A stretch of 64,000 bases of DNA from Abditibacteriota bacterium (GTDB lineage Bacteria; Armatimonadota; UBA5829): the NCBI GenBank assembly GCA_017552965.1, contig JAFZNQ010000101.1, positions 1,899 to 65,898 on the forward strand, in the 5' to 3' direction. Made by a program: the position numbers and the translations under genes. Under the pieces are notes generated by a model that was not told where the DNA came from, searched no databases, and saw nothing but the letters and a program-made list of their open reading frames with translations. Below, one piece after another: positions 46,756 to 57,285 of the stretch; within the stretch, counting starts at the first letter, position 1; the number at the start of each line of letters is the position of its first letter.

Positions 46756-47798
46756 CGGTCCCGTCCCATGGCGAGAGCCTCCCTGAGGCGGCTCTTCACC
46801 ATATCCACCGTGATGTTCTTCATGCATCTGAAATCCTTGCAGTGACAGCGCTTCTGGCAGGGCTTCCGGGGGTTGGCCGGCTCATGTATCACCAAAAAGT
46901 TGTCCTTGTGCACGTGCTGGTCCAGATGTACGTCGGAGCCGTACAGGCACACGGTGGGTATCTCCTGACACACTGAAAAATGGAGCATGGCCGTATCCAC
47001 GCACACGGAGGCGTCGCAGCGCTCCAGGACTGCCATGGCTTCCCTGAGGGTGGTCTTGCCGGATATGTTCACACAGCCGTCGATGCCGCGGCAGATAGCC
47101 TCTCCGCGTTCATAGTCTCCGGGACCTCCCAGCAGGATGCATCTGTATCCCAGCTCCCCCGTGATCCAGGGCAGCAGCTCCCGCCACTTCTCGTCCTGCC
47201 AATACTTGCATTCCCTGCTGGCGGCAAACACTATGCCTATCAGAGGACCTTCACCGGTCAGCCGGGCAGCCGCGGCCCGGTCCTCCTCCCCGAGAGGCAC
47301 CCGGGGATAGGTGACGGTGTCATCGGGCAGAGGGTCCAGACCCTCGTCCTTCAGCACGGCGTTGACCATGAGCCTGTTTTTGTCCGTATACACCGTCCGT
47401 CGGGGCACCGGGACTATCTCGTCATAGAGGGCCAGCTCCAGTATGTTTTCCGGTCTGGAATAGCCTATGATCTTTCTGTGCTTCAGGGTCTTCAGGAGGC
47501 CTATGACCTTGACCCGGCCGTGGATATCCAGCACATAGTCATAATATTCGTCCTCCAGCTCCTTCCTCACCTTGGCGGTAGCCTTCAGCAGGTGGGACAG
47601 GCTCTTGGAGTGCTTTTTTCTCTCCCACAGGGCCACCCGGTCTATGTCGGGGTGGTTTTCCAGCAGGTTTCTGCAATAAGGCTCGCACAGCCAGGTGATG
47701 GTGCAGTCCATAGCTTTCTTCAGCTCCATAGCCACGGGCAGGGCCATATACACGTCTCCTATGGCGGAGACTCTGGTGATCAGGATGTTTTTACTCAC
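46752..47798 (-). CDS. Glycosyltransferase family 9 (ADP-heptose:LPS heptosyltransferase-like)
   Basis: 348 aa; the MSKNILITRVSAIGDV... N-terminus and overall GT9 fold are typical of WaaC/WaaF/WaaQ. Confidence 0.8.
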   Translation of the reverse strand: MSKNILITRVSAIGDVYMALPVAMELKKAMDCTITWLCEPYCRNLLENHPDIDRVALWERKKHSKSLSHLLKATAKVRKELEDEYYDYVLDIHGRVKVIGLLKTLKHRKIIGYSRPENILELALYDEIVPVPRRTVYTDKNRLMVNAVLKDEGLDPLPDDTVTYPRVPLGEEDRAAAARLTGEGPLIGIVFAASRECKYWQDEKWRELLPWITGELGYRCILLGGPGDYERGEAICRGIDGCVNISGKTTLREAMAVLERCDASVCVDTAMLHFSVCQEIPTVCLYGSDVHLDQHVHKDNFLVIHEPANPRKPCQKRCHCKDFRCMKNITVDMVKSRLREALAMGRDR

Positions 47799-50163
47799 GA
47801 TGCAACTCTTTCATGATAAGGCTCAGTATTTCATCTTCGCCATTGATTTCCGCAGCTATGTTCAGAGTGCACACTCCCTTCAGGGCTCCGTAGCCCCCGG
47901 GCAGCCTGCATATGTCTTTTTGGGTGGTGATCATGAGATCGCAGCCGGCAGCCGCGGCCTCTATGCCCTCCAGATCACCGGCGGAGTATTTGTGATGGTC
48001 CAGAAATAGTCTGCTGCCTTCCACCACCGCTCCCAGCTCCTTCAGGCTGCCGAGAAAACGGGTGGGGTTGGCTATGCCGCAAAAGGCAAAGACCCTTTTG
48101 TCTTTCAGTATAGCGCCGGGCTCCTGCCGCCCGCCGGCAAATTCCACGCAGGAGGTGACTGTCCGGGCGTCGCAGATGCGTATCTTCGGAGCGATCCGGA
48201 GTATCCTTTGCCGGTCCCGGTCGCTCATGGGCTCGCTGCCCAGAGACAGCACCACGTCTCCCCGGCGAAAGGCTCTGACGCTCTCTCTCAGGTCCCCGGC
48301 GGGGATGGTGAGGCCGCCGGAAAAGGGCCTCGAGCTGCTGACCACTATGATCTCCAGGTCTCTGTGCATCTGCCAGAACTGCATGGCGTCGTCCATCAGC
48401 AGCGCGTCGGGAGCAAAGCGCTCTATGGCCAGGCGGGCGGTCTGCCTCCGGTCTCTGCCCACCACCACGGGCACTCCCGTGAGTCTGGACAGGAGGAGAG
48501 GCTCGTCGCCGCAGCGCAGGGCGTCGGGCTCGCTGCCCGGCTCTATGATGAGGTCTTCCTCCGTGTTCCTGCCGTAGCCCCTGCTGAGGACGCAGCATCT
48601 GACGCCCTTCTCCTTCAGCAGGTTCACCAGACGCACCGTCACCGGAGTCTTGCCGGTGCCTCCCATGGTGATATTGCCCACGCTGACCACCGGCACCGGG
48701 GCCCTGAATTTTTTCCGCAGGCCCGTCTCGTAGGGCAGCAGATACAGATAGTGGACCAGCCTGTAGAGCAGGGACAGAGGATACATGACTATCCTGAAGA
48801 GCAGGGCCTGAGGGGTCTTGCTCTCGCCTGACAGCAGCTTTTCGCCTCTGAGTATCCGGCTGCAGGCAGGCTGCACCGCCATGGAGCTGTCATAGAGGGC
48901 CAGAAGCCTGTCGCAGGTCTTGGCTGCGGCTCCCCTGTTGTACTCCATCATCCTGCGGCAGCCCTCTCTGATCTCGTCTCTCACCCCGTCGGTCTGCAGT
49001 ATGCGGACGATGTTCTCCGCCAGCTCCCGGGAGGACCTGATCTCAAAGCCCACTCCGAAGGCCTTGGTCTGGGAGGCTATATCCTTGGTCTTGAAGGTGT
49101 AGGGACCGTAGCACACGCCTATGCCTGCGGCCACGGGCTGCAGCAGGCTGTGACAGCCCTTCCTGATGAGGCTGCCGCCCACAAAGGACACGTCGCCGGC
49201 AAAATAGGCCCGGGCCAATTCGCCCATGGTGTCCAGCACCAGAGCGTCGCAGGGACCGTGGGAAGCGTCGGTCCTCCGGGCAAAGACTACGCCCCTTGTC
49301 CGGAGCATCTCGCCCACCTCTTCTCCCCGGGCCGTCTGTCTCGGAGCGATCAGGAGCCTGAGGCCGGGCACCTGTTTCCGGGCTTCCAGCCAGGCCTCTA
49401 TGACCGGCTCGTCCTCGCCGGGATTGGTGCTGCCCGCCACGAACACCGGCGCGTCCTCCGAGCCCGGGCCGAAAAAGCCCTGCTTCAGAGCGCGCCTTTC
49501 GTCGTCGGACATATCCTCCGCGGCCACGTCAGCCTTGCAGTTGCCCGTGACGAACACGCAGGAGGGGTCGGCGCCCAGTGCTATCACCCTTCTGGCGTCC
49601 TCCTCGGACTGCATGCAGAAGAGGTCTATATTCTTGATGGTCCATCTGTAGAGCCAGGACACCAGCCGGGCCCCCTTCAGGGTGCCGTCGGAGATGATGC
49701 CGTTGATGATGGCCGACTTGCTGCCCCGGAGCTTCAGGATATACCGGAAGTTGGGCCATATCTCCGTGTCGGTGCTGGCAAACACCCGGGGAGACACGGA
49801 CACCACGGACAGCAGGACGCTGACGAGAAAATCGTAGGGATAGTATATGAGCCTGTAGCCCTCGGCGGAGATGCTCTTTTTGGCCTGCTCGTGGCCGGAC
49901 CTGGTGGTGGTGGAAAACACTATGGGCAGGGACCTGCGCCTTTCAGCCAGCAGGTTCACCACCGGAGAGCTGGCCACGGTCTCTCCCACGCTGACTGCGT
50001 GGATCCAGACGGCGCCTCCGGACTTTTCTTTTTCCACCAGTCCCAGCTGCTCCTTCATGCTGACCACGCTCTGCTTCACCACAAAGGCCCTGATGAGCAG
50101 ATACACCACTATAAAGGGCAGAAAGACCAGGATAAACAGGTTGTAGAGGACGAATTGGATCAT
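47791..50163 (-). CDS. waaA-lpxK: Bifunctional Kdo transferase WaaA(KdtA) / tetraacyldisaccharide 4'-kinase LpxK fusion
   Basis: Residues 1-430: WaaA (TM anchor, WIHAVSVGE). Residues 440-790: LpxK (GNITMGGTGKTP Walker A). Confidence 0.8.
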   Translation of the reverse strand: MIQFVLYNLFILVFLPFIVVYLLIRAFVVKQSVVSMKEQLGLVEKEKSGGAVWIHAVSVGETVASSPVVNLLAERRRSLPIVFSTTTRSGHEQAKKSISAEGYRLIYYPYDFLVSVLLSVVSVSPRVFASTDTEIWPNFRYILKLRGSKSAIINGIISDGTLKGARLVSWLYRWTIKNIDLFCMQSEEDARRVIALGADPSCVFVTGNCKADVAAEDMSDDERRALKQGFFGPGSEDAPVFVAGSTNPGEDEPVIEAWLEARKQVPGLRLLIAPRQTARGEEVGEMLRTRGVVFARRTDASHGPCDALVLDTMGELARAYFAGDVSFVGGSLIRKGCHSLLQPVAAGIGVCYGPYTFKTKDIASQTKAFGVGFEIRSSRELAENIVRILQTDGVRDEIREGCRRMMEYNRGAAAKTCDRLLALYDSSMAVQPACSRILRGEKLLSGESKTPQALLFRIVMYPLSLLYRLVHYLYLLPYETGLRKKFRAPVPVVSVGNITMGGTGKTPVTVRLVNLLKEKGVRCCVLSRGYGRNTEEDLIIEPGSEPDALRCGDEPLLLSRLTGVPVVVGRDRRQTARLAIERFAPDALLMDDAMQFWQMHRDLEIIVVSSSRPFSGGLTIPAGDLRESVRAFRRGDVVLSLGSEPMSDRDRQRILRIAPKIRICDARTVTSCVEFAGGRQEPGAILKDKRVFAFCGIANPTRFLGSLKELGAVVEGSRLFLDHHKYSAGDLEGIEAAAAGCDLMITTQKDICRLPGGYGALKGVCTLNIAAEINGEDEILSLIMKELHRE

Positions 50164-51953
50164 CTGTCCTCTCCCCGGGCCGCGCCGCTGTACAATTCGG
50201 AGAAGCAGCCTCCCGCGCTGATCAGCTCGTCAAAGGAGCCCTGCTCCGCTATGGCGCCTCTGTCCAGCACGTATATCCTGTGGGCGTTTTTCACTGTGGA
50301 AAGCCTGTGGGCTATGATGATGGTGGTGACGCCGCTCTCCCTGTGGTCCAGATAGCTCTGCACCGCGCTCTCGCTTTCGTTGTCCAGAGCGGAGGTGGCT
50401 TCGTCCAGTATGAGTATCCGGGCCTTCTTTTTCAGCAGGGCCCTGGCAATGGCTATACGCTGTCTCTGTCCGCCGGACAGGCCGCTGCCCCCCTCTCCCA
50501 GCTCCGTGTCGTAGCCCTTGGGAGCCGCGGTGATGAAGCCGTGGGCGTTGGCCGCCCGGGCCGCCTCATACACCTCTTCGTCGGTGGCGTCGGGGGCTCC
50601 GTATTTGATGTTGTCCCTGATGGTGCCGCTGAACAGGATGACCTCCTGGGGCACCAGGGCCACAGCCTCTCTCAGGGCTCCCAGGGATATGTCTCTGACG
50701 TTCACGCCGTTGATGAGTATCTCTCCCTCGGTGACCGCGTAAAAGAGGGGTATCAGGTCGGCCACCGTGGATTTGCCGCTGCCGCTGGGGCCCACCAGAG
50801 CCACTGTCCGGCCGGCGGGAAATGTGACGGAGAGGTCCCTGATGACGGGCTCGTCCTCATAGGCAAAGGTCACGTGTCTCAGCTCCACCTCCGCCGCGTC
50901 TCCGGCGGGAAAAGGCAGGGCGCCGGGACTGTCGGTCTCCTGGCCCTTCATATCGATGATCTCGAAGATGCGGTCCCCGGCGGCCAGTATCTGCTGCTGA
51001 GTGCTCTTCAGCCTGCTGATGGACTTCACCGCATTGGCCACTATGAAGCTCATCATGATGTATTCGCCCAGGGCGGGAAAGTCAAACATGCCCGCATTGA
51101 TGCACAGAGAGCCCGTGAGTATGAGCACGCCTACGGCCAGCCCTCCCACGGCCTCCATGACCGGGACCACCAGAGAGGTCCTCTTTACGGTGCGGACGGT
51201 CATATCGTAGTTGTACAGGTTGACCCGGGCAAATCTCTCCAGCTCATAGTCCTCCCGGGCAAAGGCCTTGATGATCCTGATGCCCTTGAGGTTCTCCGTG
51301 ACCTTGGCGTTCACGTCGCTCATGGATTCCTGCTGGACGCTGGTGGCCTTTTTTATGCGGTAGGTGATCCGGTCCAGTATGAGGCCTATGACCGGCACGA
51401 ACACCAGCACAGCCACCGTCAGCTTCCAGCTGATGATAAAGAGCTGGGACATGCCCACCAGTATCATCAGGGGAGCCTCCACGCCGACCATGATCACGTC
51501 CGCCGCAGTCCGGATGATCTGCACGTCGGAGTTCATGCGGCTGATATAGTCCCCCACCTTGCCCTTCTGAAAATAGCTCATGGGCATCCGCTGCAGGCTG
51601 CGGTACATATCCTCTCTCATCTCCATGGATATGCGGGCCGCTATGACCCCCACGGAGAGCTGATTGATATAGCTGAATACTCCCCTCATGGAATAGACCA
51701 CCACGAACACGGCGCTGACTATGACCATGAGGACGGAGAGTCCGTCGCCGGGGTGATAGAGCCCCATCTTCATCACGTATTTGACAAAGGCGGTCTCCTC
51801 CACCGCTGCGTGAGTGGTGCCTGCCAGAAACACCCCCACCAGCACGGTGGAGGCCGCATTGGACAGGGCCAGCATCAGCGAGCTGACGAAGAGCAGCGCC
51901 AGCTGACGGGCGTATCTGAAAATATATCCGAGAATACGTTGTTGCGCTTTCAT
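50160..51953 (-). CDS. msbA: Lipid A export ABC transporter permease/ATPase MsbA
   Basis: 597 aa from MKAQQRILGYIF: 6 TM, then GPSGSGKST, LSGGQRQRIAIARAL, ILDEATSALD. The track N-terminal extension is junk. Confidence 0.85.
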   Translation of the reverse strand: MKAQQRILGYIFRYARQLALLFVSSLMLALSNAASTVLVGVFLAGTTHAAVEETAFVKYVMKMGLYHPGDGLSVLMVIVSAVFVVVYSMRGVFSYINQLSVGVIAARISMEMREDMYRSLQRMPMSYFQKGKVGDYISRMNSDVQIIRTAADVIMVGVEAPLMILVGMSQLFIISWKLTVAVLVFVPVIGLILDRITYRIKKATSVQQESMSDVNAKVTENLKGIRIIKAFAREDYELERFARVNLYNYDMTVRTVKRTSLVVPVMEAVGGLAVGVLILTGSLCINAGMFDFPALGEYIMMSFIVANAVKSISRLKSTQQQILAAGDRIFEIIDMKGQETDSPGALPFPAGDAAEVELRHVTFAYEDEPVIRDLSVTFPAGRTVALVGPSGSGKSTVADLIPLFYAVTEGEILINGVNVRDISLGALREAVALVPQEVILFSGTIRDNIKYGAPDATDEEVYEAARAANAHGFITAAPKGYDTELGEGGSGLSGGQRQRIAIARALLKKKARILILDEATSALDNESESAVQSYLDHRESGVTTIIIAHRLSTVKNAHRIYVLDRGAIAEQGSFDELISAGGCFSELYSGAARGEDR

Positions 51954-53107
51954 TTTTCTGTATCTTTTATCAATTCGGCAAAGCATTCTGCCGCTCTGAC
52001 GGTGACGCCTTCGGGGCCCAGTATCTCCCTGATCTCCCCCAGAGAGGCCCTCATTTCCGCCATTGCCTCCGGGCTCTCCAGGAGCCTCATGGCTTCTTCG
52101 CATATAGCGGAGCCTGTGACCTCGCAGGCCAGCAGCTCCCTGCACACGGACCGGTCCAGCACTATGTTGGGCATGCCTATATGTCCTCCGGGGAGGCCCA
52201 GACGGCTCTTTCGCAGAGAGTATTCCAGCCTCATGACCGCGGTGCCCCGATACACTATGAGCATGGGGGTACCCAGGATGCCGGCCTCCAGAGTGGCGGT
52301 GCCGGAGCAGGAGCACAGGAGGGCGCTGTGGGCCATGACGTTGTAGGTGTCTCCCACCGCCAGCCTGACGCCGGCCGCCTCATAGTCCCCGAATTCCCGG
52401 ACCAGCCGGCCGCGGATATAATCCGCCTTCTCGGGAGTAGCGGCGAACACGCAGCATATATCCGGGCGCCGGGCCCGGAGAAGCCTGACGGCCTCAAAAA
52501 ACACCGGCAGATGGCAGTCTATCTCAAAATTGCGGCTCCCTGCCAAAAAGCCTATGCTCTCCCCCTCCGTATGATAGCGGCTCCCGTATTCCTCCCGGGA
52601 CAAGTCCGGCCGGACCAGGTCCACCAGAGGATGGCCCGGGTACCTGACCCGCAGTCCATAGCCCGCCAGTATCTCCGCGGACCAGGGGAAGGGCGTGATC
52701 ACCGAGCAGTCAGCCCTGATGAGGGCGGAGGGTCTGGAGGGACGCCTGCGCCAGGAAGAGGGAGGAAAATAATACAGGCACCTGATACCCTGCTTTGCCG
52801 CGGACATGGCAAGGCGCGTATTGAAAAAACCGAAATCCACCAATACCAGCAGATCCGGTTTTTTTCTTGTTATCATCCTGCGGAAGCTGTAGTAGCGATA
52901 CAAAAACCGAGGCAGATACTTGAGGGTCTGAAACACCCCTATGGTCCCCATCTCGGACATGTCGTAGATGATATCGGCGCCCGCGGCGCGCATCTCTCTG
53001 CCGCCGATGCCCCAGTATCCGGCCTGTATCCTGTTCTTCAGCTCCCGGATAAGCGCGGCGGCATTCCTGTCTCCGGATATCTCGCCGACGCTTATCGCTA
53101 TATCCAA
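51950..53107 (-). CDS. lpxB: Lipid-A-disaccharide synthase LpxB
   Basis: LDIAISVGEISGD...RLAMSAAKQGIRCLYYFPPSSW... matches the LpxB family. There is no in-frame ATG: the start is either TTG at 53107 or GTG at 53170 (overlapping the lpxA 3' end), so the start is uncertain. Confidence 0.75.
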   Translation of the reverse strand: MDIAISVGEISGDRNAAALIRELKNRIQAGYWGIGGREMRAAGADIIYDMSEMGTIGVFQTLKYLPRFLYRYYSFRRMITRKKPDLLVLVDFGFFNTRLAMSAAKQGIRCLYYFPPSSWRRRPSRPSALIRADCSVITPFPWSAEILAGYGLRVRYPGHPLVDLVRPDLSREEYGSRYHTEGESIGFLAGSRNFEIDCHLPVFFEAVRLLRARRPDICCVFAATPEKADYIRGRLVREFGDYEAAGVRLAVGDTYNVMAHSALLCSCSGTATLEAGILGTPMLIVYRGTAVMRLEYSLRKSRLGLPGGHIGMPNIVLDRSVCRELLACEVTGSAICEEAMRLLESPEAMAEMRASLGEIREILGPEGVTVRAAECFAELIKDTEK

Positions 53108-53121
53108 TGTGCGGCCGTCTT

Positions 53122-53910
53122 CTATTTTCCCTGCTCCTGTCTGCCGTAGGTCCCGTCCCGGGAAGCGCACACAAAATCCATGAGATAGGTGAGCTCCGGC
53201 GTGGGGGGCAGCTCTTTGATGAGATTGATGGCGGTCTTGGTGTTCAGGCCGGAGTTGTAGAGCAGCCTGACAGCCTCTCTCAGACCGTCTATGGTATCCC
53301 TGTCCACCCCGCGGCGTCTGAGTCCTACGCTGTTGACGTTGCGGATGCGCAGGGGATTGCCGTCGCAGAGGGTAAAAGGCGGTATGTCCACGTTGACCTT
53401 GGAGCAGCCGCCCACCATGGACATCTTGCCCACCCGGACAAACTGATGCAGCCCGGCCAGACCGCCGATGATGGCGTAGTCTTCTATGACGCAGTGGCCG
53501 CTGATGCCCGCGTAGTTGGTGCATATCACGTGGTCGTGCACCACGCAGTCATGTCCCACGTGCGAATAAGCCATGAGCATATTGCTGTTGCCTATGACAG
53601 TGGTATTGCCTTCCTTTGAGCCTCTGTGGATAGTCACGTATTCCCTTATCTGGTTGTCGTTGCCTATCTTCAAAAAGGTCTTTTCGCCGCCGTAGCCTAT
53701 ATCCTGAGGGTCGTCTCCCAGGACGGCGCCGGAGTGAATGACGTTGTTGCTGCCGATCACCGTGTCCTGCCTGATGACCACGTGGCTGATGAGGCGGGTG
53801 CCGTCCCCTATGACCACGTTGTCTCCTATCACCGAATAGGGCCCGATGACCACGCCGCTGCCTATGACAGCGGAGGGTGATATCACTGCCGAAGAATGTA
53901 TGTCGCTCAT
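53122..53910 (-). CDS. lpxA: Acyl-ACP--UDP-N-acetylglucosamine O-acyltransferase LpxA
   Basis: 262 aa left-handed beta-helix with hexapeptide repeats and an LpxA C-terminal helical domain. Confidence 0.9.
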   Translation of the reverse strand: MSDIHSSAVISPSAVIGSGVVIGPYSVIGDNVVIGDGTRLISHVVIRQDTVIGSNNVIHSGAVLGDDPQDIGYGGEKTFLKIGNDNQIREYVTIHRGSKEGNTTVIGNSNMLMAYSHVGHDCVVHDHVICTNYAGISGHCVIEDYAIIGGLAGLHQFVRVGKMSMVGGCSKVNVDIPPFTLCDGNPLRIRNVNSVGLRRRGVDRDTIDGLREAVRLLYNSGLNTKTAINLIKELPPTPELTYLMDFVCASRDGTYGRQEQGK

Positions 53911-54332
53911 TATCTGTCCACTACCTTACATGTGAGATCTGCCTCGCAGGCGAGCTCTCCGTCCACCATAGCCATAGCCTTGACTCTGCCCAGATTGTGG
54001 CGGAAGGATATGACGTTGATCTGCATATCCAGCCTGTCTCCCGGGACCACGGGGCGCCTGAAGCGCACGTTGTCCAGTCCGGCAAAGTAGGCCAGCTTGC
54101 CCTTGTTGTCGCCCTGCAGAAGCAGCACGCCTCCCAGCTGGGCCATGGCTTCGCAAATGAGTACTCCCGGAAAGATGGCGTGACCGGGAAAATGTCCCTG
54201 AAACACTGCCTCGTTCATGCTGATGTTCTTGTAGCCCTTGATGCAGTTTTCCTCCATCTCGGTGATCCTGTCCACCAGCAAAAAGGGATATCTGTGGGGC
54301 AGAACGTCCTGAATGCCTTCGATGTCTATCAT
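53910..54332 (-). CDS. fabZ: 3-hydroxyacyl-ACP dehydratase FabZ
   Basis: 140 aa hot-dog fold, LPHRYPFLLVDRI...GHFPG motif. Confidence 0.9.
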   Translation of the reverse strand: MIDIEGIQDVLPHRYPFLLVDRITEMEENCIKGYKNISMNEAVFQGHFPGHAIFPGVLICEAMAQLGGVLLLQGDNKGKLAYFAGLDNVRFRRPVVPGDRLDMQINVISFRHNLGRVKAMAMVDGELACEADLTCKVVDR

Positions 54333-54344
54333 GTTGATTCTCCG

Positions 54345-55184
54345 TTAAATAGATGCCGTTTCAGTTTCTATCTGTTCCTGCAGACGCAGGGCAAACTCGG
54401 TGTTGAGAGCGTGACCGCTCTTGTAAGCTATGAGCCGGCCTTCCAGCCCGGCTCCGCAGAGAGAAGCGTCTCCCAGCAGGTCCAGCAGCTTGTGGCCCGC
54501 CGGCTCCGCCGGATGCCTCAGGGGCGAGGACAGCTTGTCCCGGAAGATGACCAGACAGTTGTCCAGACTGCCGCCCTTGGCCAGGTTTCCCGACAGCAGA
54601 TGCTCTATCTCCTCGTAGAGGACGAAGGTCCGGGAGTCGGCTATATTTTGCCTGTATTGCCCATAGCTGCCGTCGAAGACGCAGGTCTGCGCCCCTATCA
54701 TGGGGTGATCGTAATTGAGATGATACTCGGCGGTAAAACCCTTCCCCGGCAGCAGGCACACAAAGGCGTCCCCGCGGGTGACCATCACGGGACTGGCCGG
54801 CGCATATATCCTTCTCACGGCGTCGGTGGGTCCGGTCCCCACGTCCTCCAGGGCCTTCAGATAGCCCAGGCTGCTGCCGTCCAGCACGGGTATTTCCCTG
54901 CCGCTGCAGCGTATGCGGGCGGCGGAGATACCCATAGCCCACAGAGCGGACATGAGGTGCTCTACGGTCATGATACGGGCTTCGCCCTGCCCCAGAGTGG
55001 TGCCCCGGGAGGTGTCGGCCACGCAGCGGGCCTCGGCCCTGACGGCGCCGCCGGGAGTGTCAAAATATATCCCGGGCTCTCCGGAGGGCAGTATGGTGAT
55101 CTCCACCCGGTCGCCGCTGTGGAGCCCCACGCCCGATACGGTCAGGGGTCCGGCTATGGTCTTGCAAAAGGTCTCGCTGATCAT
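54345..55184 (-). CDS. lpxC: UDP-3-O-acyl-N-acetylglucosamine deacetylase LpxC
   Basis: 279 aa from [12 protein letters not shown]...TVEHLMSAL, with HKLLDLLGD zinc-site motifs. ATGA-coupled to lpxD. Confidence 0.85.
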   Translation of the reverse strand: MISETFCKTIAGPLTVSGVGLHSGDRVEITILPSGEPGIYFDTPGGAVRAEARCVADTSRGTTLGQGEARIMTVEHLMSALWAMGISAARIRCSGREIPVLDGSSLGYLKALEDVGTGPTDAVRRIYAPASPVMVTRGDAFVCLLPGKGFTAEYHLNYDHPMIGAQTCVFDGSYGQYRQNIADSRTFVLYEEIEHLLSGNLAKGGSLDNCLVIFRDKLSSPLRHPAEPAGHKLLDLLGDASLCGAGLEGRLIAYKSGHALNTEFALRLQEQIETETASI

Positions 55185-56200
55185 TGCTTCAGGCTTTGCA
55201 GCTCCTTTTCCAGATCCTTCAGCCTCTGATACATCTCGGGCAGTCTGGCGGACAGCACCTCCACCCTGCGGCGGGTGGCCATGGGCATGGCGGGAAAGCC
55301 TCCCAGGACCGTGTCGTCCCCGAAGTCCCGGCTGATGCCGGCCTTGGCGCCGGCATACACTCTGTTGCCCAGATGCACGTGATCGGACACGCCCACGTTG
55401 CCGCCCATGACGCACAAGTCTCCGAGAGTGGAGCTGCCGGCTATGCCTGTCTGAGCGCACAGTATGCACCCGGCGCCCAGCTTGACGTTGTGGGCCACCT
55501 GGACCAGATTGTCTATCTTGCACAAGTCTCCGATGACGGTCTCTCCCAGCTTGGCTCTGTCTATGGTGGAGTTGGCCCCCACCTCCACACAGTCACCCGT
55601 GCGGACTATGCCCAGATGGGGATACTTGCGTATGCCCCCTCCGGCTGTATAAAAGCCAAAGCCGTCGGCGCCTATGACGCAGCCCGCGTGGAGCAGATTG
55701 TCTTTGCCGATGATGCATCTGTCGTATATGGTCGCATTGGGCATGATCACAGTGCCGGAGCCGATGGTGACTCCCGCGCCCACGTACACCCCGGGGTATA
55801 TCCTGACGCCGTCGCCCACCACGGAATCCGGTCCAATGTGGGCGGTGGGGGCTATGACGCAGCCGGAGCCGATGACGGCGGAGAGAGCCACGGAAGGAGC
55901 GGAAGGATCGGGCTCATAGGGAGCGGGACAGGCGTCCTGCAATATGTCCACGAATACGCCTCCGGCGTCGGCGCTCCGGAGGACCCATTTGCCTCCCCCG
56001 TCGCCGCAGGAAGGGCCCGCCAGGATAAAGGAAGCCCCGCTTTTTACAGCCTTGTCAAAATATGCGTCGGTATCGGCCAGCACCAGATCGCCTTTTACGG
56101 CGTCGTCCGTGTAGCTGATGCCGGTGATGTCCTCTTCCTCGCCGCAGGCGGCGATCTCCAGAGAGTATTTGCGGGCAAATTCCCTGACGTTGTATTTCAT
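55181..56200 (-). CDS. lpxD: UDP-3-O-acylglucosamine N-acyltransferase LpxD
   Basis: 339 aa with N-terminal uridine-binding domain, left-handed beta-helix hexapeptide repeats and C-terminal helix. Confidence 0.9.
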   Translation of the reverse strand: MKYNVREFARKYSLEIAACGEEEDITGISYTDDAVKGDLVLADTDAYFDKAVKSGASFILAGPSCGDGGGKWVLRSADAGGVFVDILQDACPAPYEPDPSAPSVALSAVIGSGCVIAPTAHIGPDSVVGDGVRIYPGVYVGAGVTIGSGTVIMPNATIYDRCIIGKDNLLHAGCVIGADGFGFYTAGGGIRKYPHLGIVRTGDCVEVGANSTIDRAKLGETVIGDLCKIDNLVQVAHNVKLGAGCILCAQTGIAGSSTLGDLCVMGGNVGVSDHVHLGNRVYAGAKAGISRDFGDDTVLGGFPAMPMATRRRVEVLSARLPEMYQRLKDLEKELQSLKQ

Positions 56201-56201
56201 G

Positions 56202-57278
56202 CTATCCTTCCATTTCCGATATGAGGCCGGGGGTGAACATCCAGCTGTCCTTCAGCTTCCGCCGAAATACCTCCGTGAAGTCCGGCGCCTGCTTTTCGGG
56301 GATATAGGTGATATCCAGCCCCATTTCCTCGGACATATTCGCCAGCAGCCTGTAGAGGCTCATACGCTTTTTGTCCGCGTCCGAATAAGGCTCCCTGAGG
56401 GTCTCTGCCCCGGGGGACGCGGCGTGAGCCGCGGGCGACACGGCGGCGGGCATGGGATAATACTCCACCGTGGTGTTGCGGTCCAGGGGCATGCGGCCTG
56501 CAAACAGGTCCTTCACGGAGCTGACGTAGCTCTCATATTTCTTTTCCTTGGCAGCCCTGCTCTCGCTGATCTGCCGCTCCAGAATGCCGTTGAGGCGGTC
56601 CACGGTCTTCTGTATCTCCTGCTGCTTGAACCTGTCCGACACGGACATGTAGTAGAGATACAGCTGATTGTTGCGCTGCCGGTCCAGCCTGGCCTTTGAG
56701 GCGGCTTCGCCGAAGAGGGTGTTGTTCTCCGGAGTGTCAAAGAGCCTGCGCTTGGAGGCGGAGGCATAAAAACGGGCCTGACTGTTCAGGCTCTCGATGG
56801 TATTTTTGGCAAACAGGCTCCGCAGCTTTTCCATGCCGGCGGCGTCGTATTCCTCAAAGAGAGGGTTGAGCTGCATCAGGCCCACTATGATATTCCGCCG
56901 GGCAGCCAGCTCGCCGGAGGCGTCCATCACGGACATTATCCGCCTGAACTGCTGGTCCTTTTCCTCGGTGAGCTTGGCAAACACGGCCTTTTCGAACTCG
57001 CCGGTGTCATGGACGTAATACAGCGAGTCAAAGCTGAGGTCCAGCTCCACGGGGACGTCGGCCACCGTGTCGGCGATGGGCTCCTCAGACGGCAGGTCGT
57101 TGAAGGACTCCTGCAAAAAATCCGGCGAATAGTCGGCCAGCAGGCTGTCTATGTCCACGTAGACCTTTTTGGTCTCCAGAGTCTCGGCCTCTTTGTTCAG
57201 CAGATACACCAACAGCGCCGGCAGCAGCAATAGCAGCAGCGCCGCCGGCGCCAGGTACCAAAGAGGCCGACGTGACAT
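56202..57278 (-). CDS. Hypothetical membrane-anchored protein (between skp and lpxD)
   Basis: 359 aa with signal-anchor [22 protein letters not shown]. Start uncertain: MSRRP at 57278, or MTSQRT at 57332 overlapping skp. Confidence 0.5.
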   Translation of the reverse strand: MSRRPLWYLAPAALLLLLLPALLVYLLNKEAETLETKKVYVDIDSLLADYSPDFLQESFNDLPSEEPIADTVADVPVELDLSFDSLYYVHDTGEFEKAVFAKLTEEKDQQFRRIMSVMDASGELAARRNIIVGLMQLNPLFEEYDAAGMEKLRSLFAKNTIESLNSQARFYASASKRRLFDTPENNTLFGEAASKARLDRQRNNQLYLYYMSVSDRFKQQEIQKTVDRLNGILERQISESRAAKEKKYESYVSSVKDLFAGRMPLDRNTTVEYYPMPAAVSPAAHAASPGAETLREPYSDADKKRMSLYRLLANMSEEMGLDITYIPEKQAPDFTEVFRRKLKDSWMFTPGLISEMEG

Positions 57279-57285
57279 TATGCGT

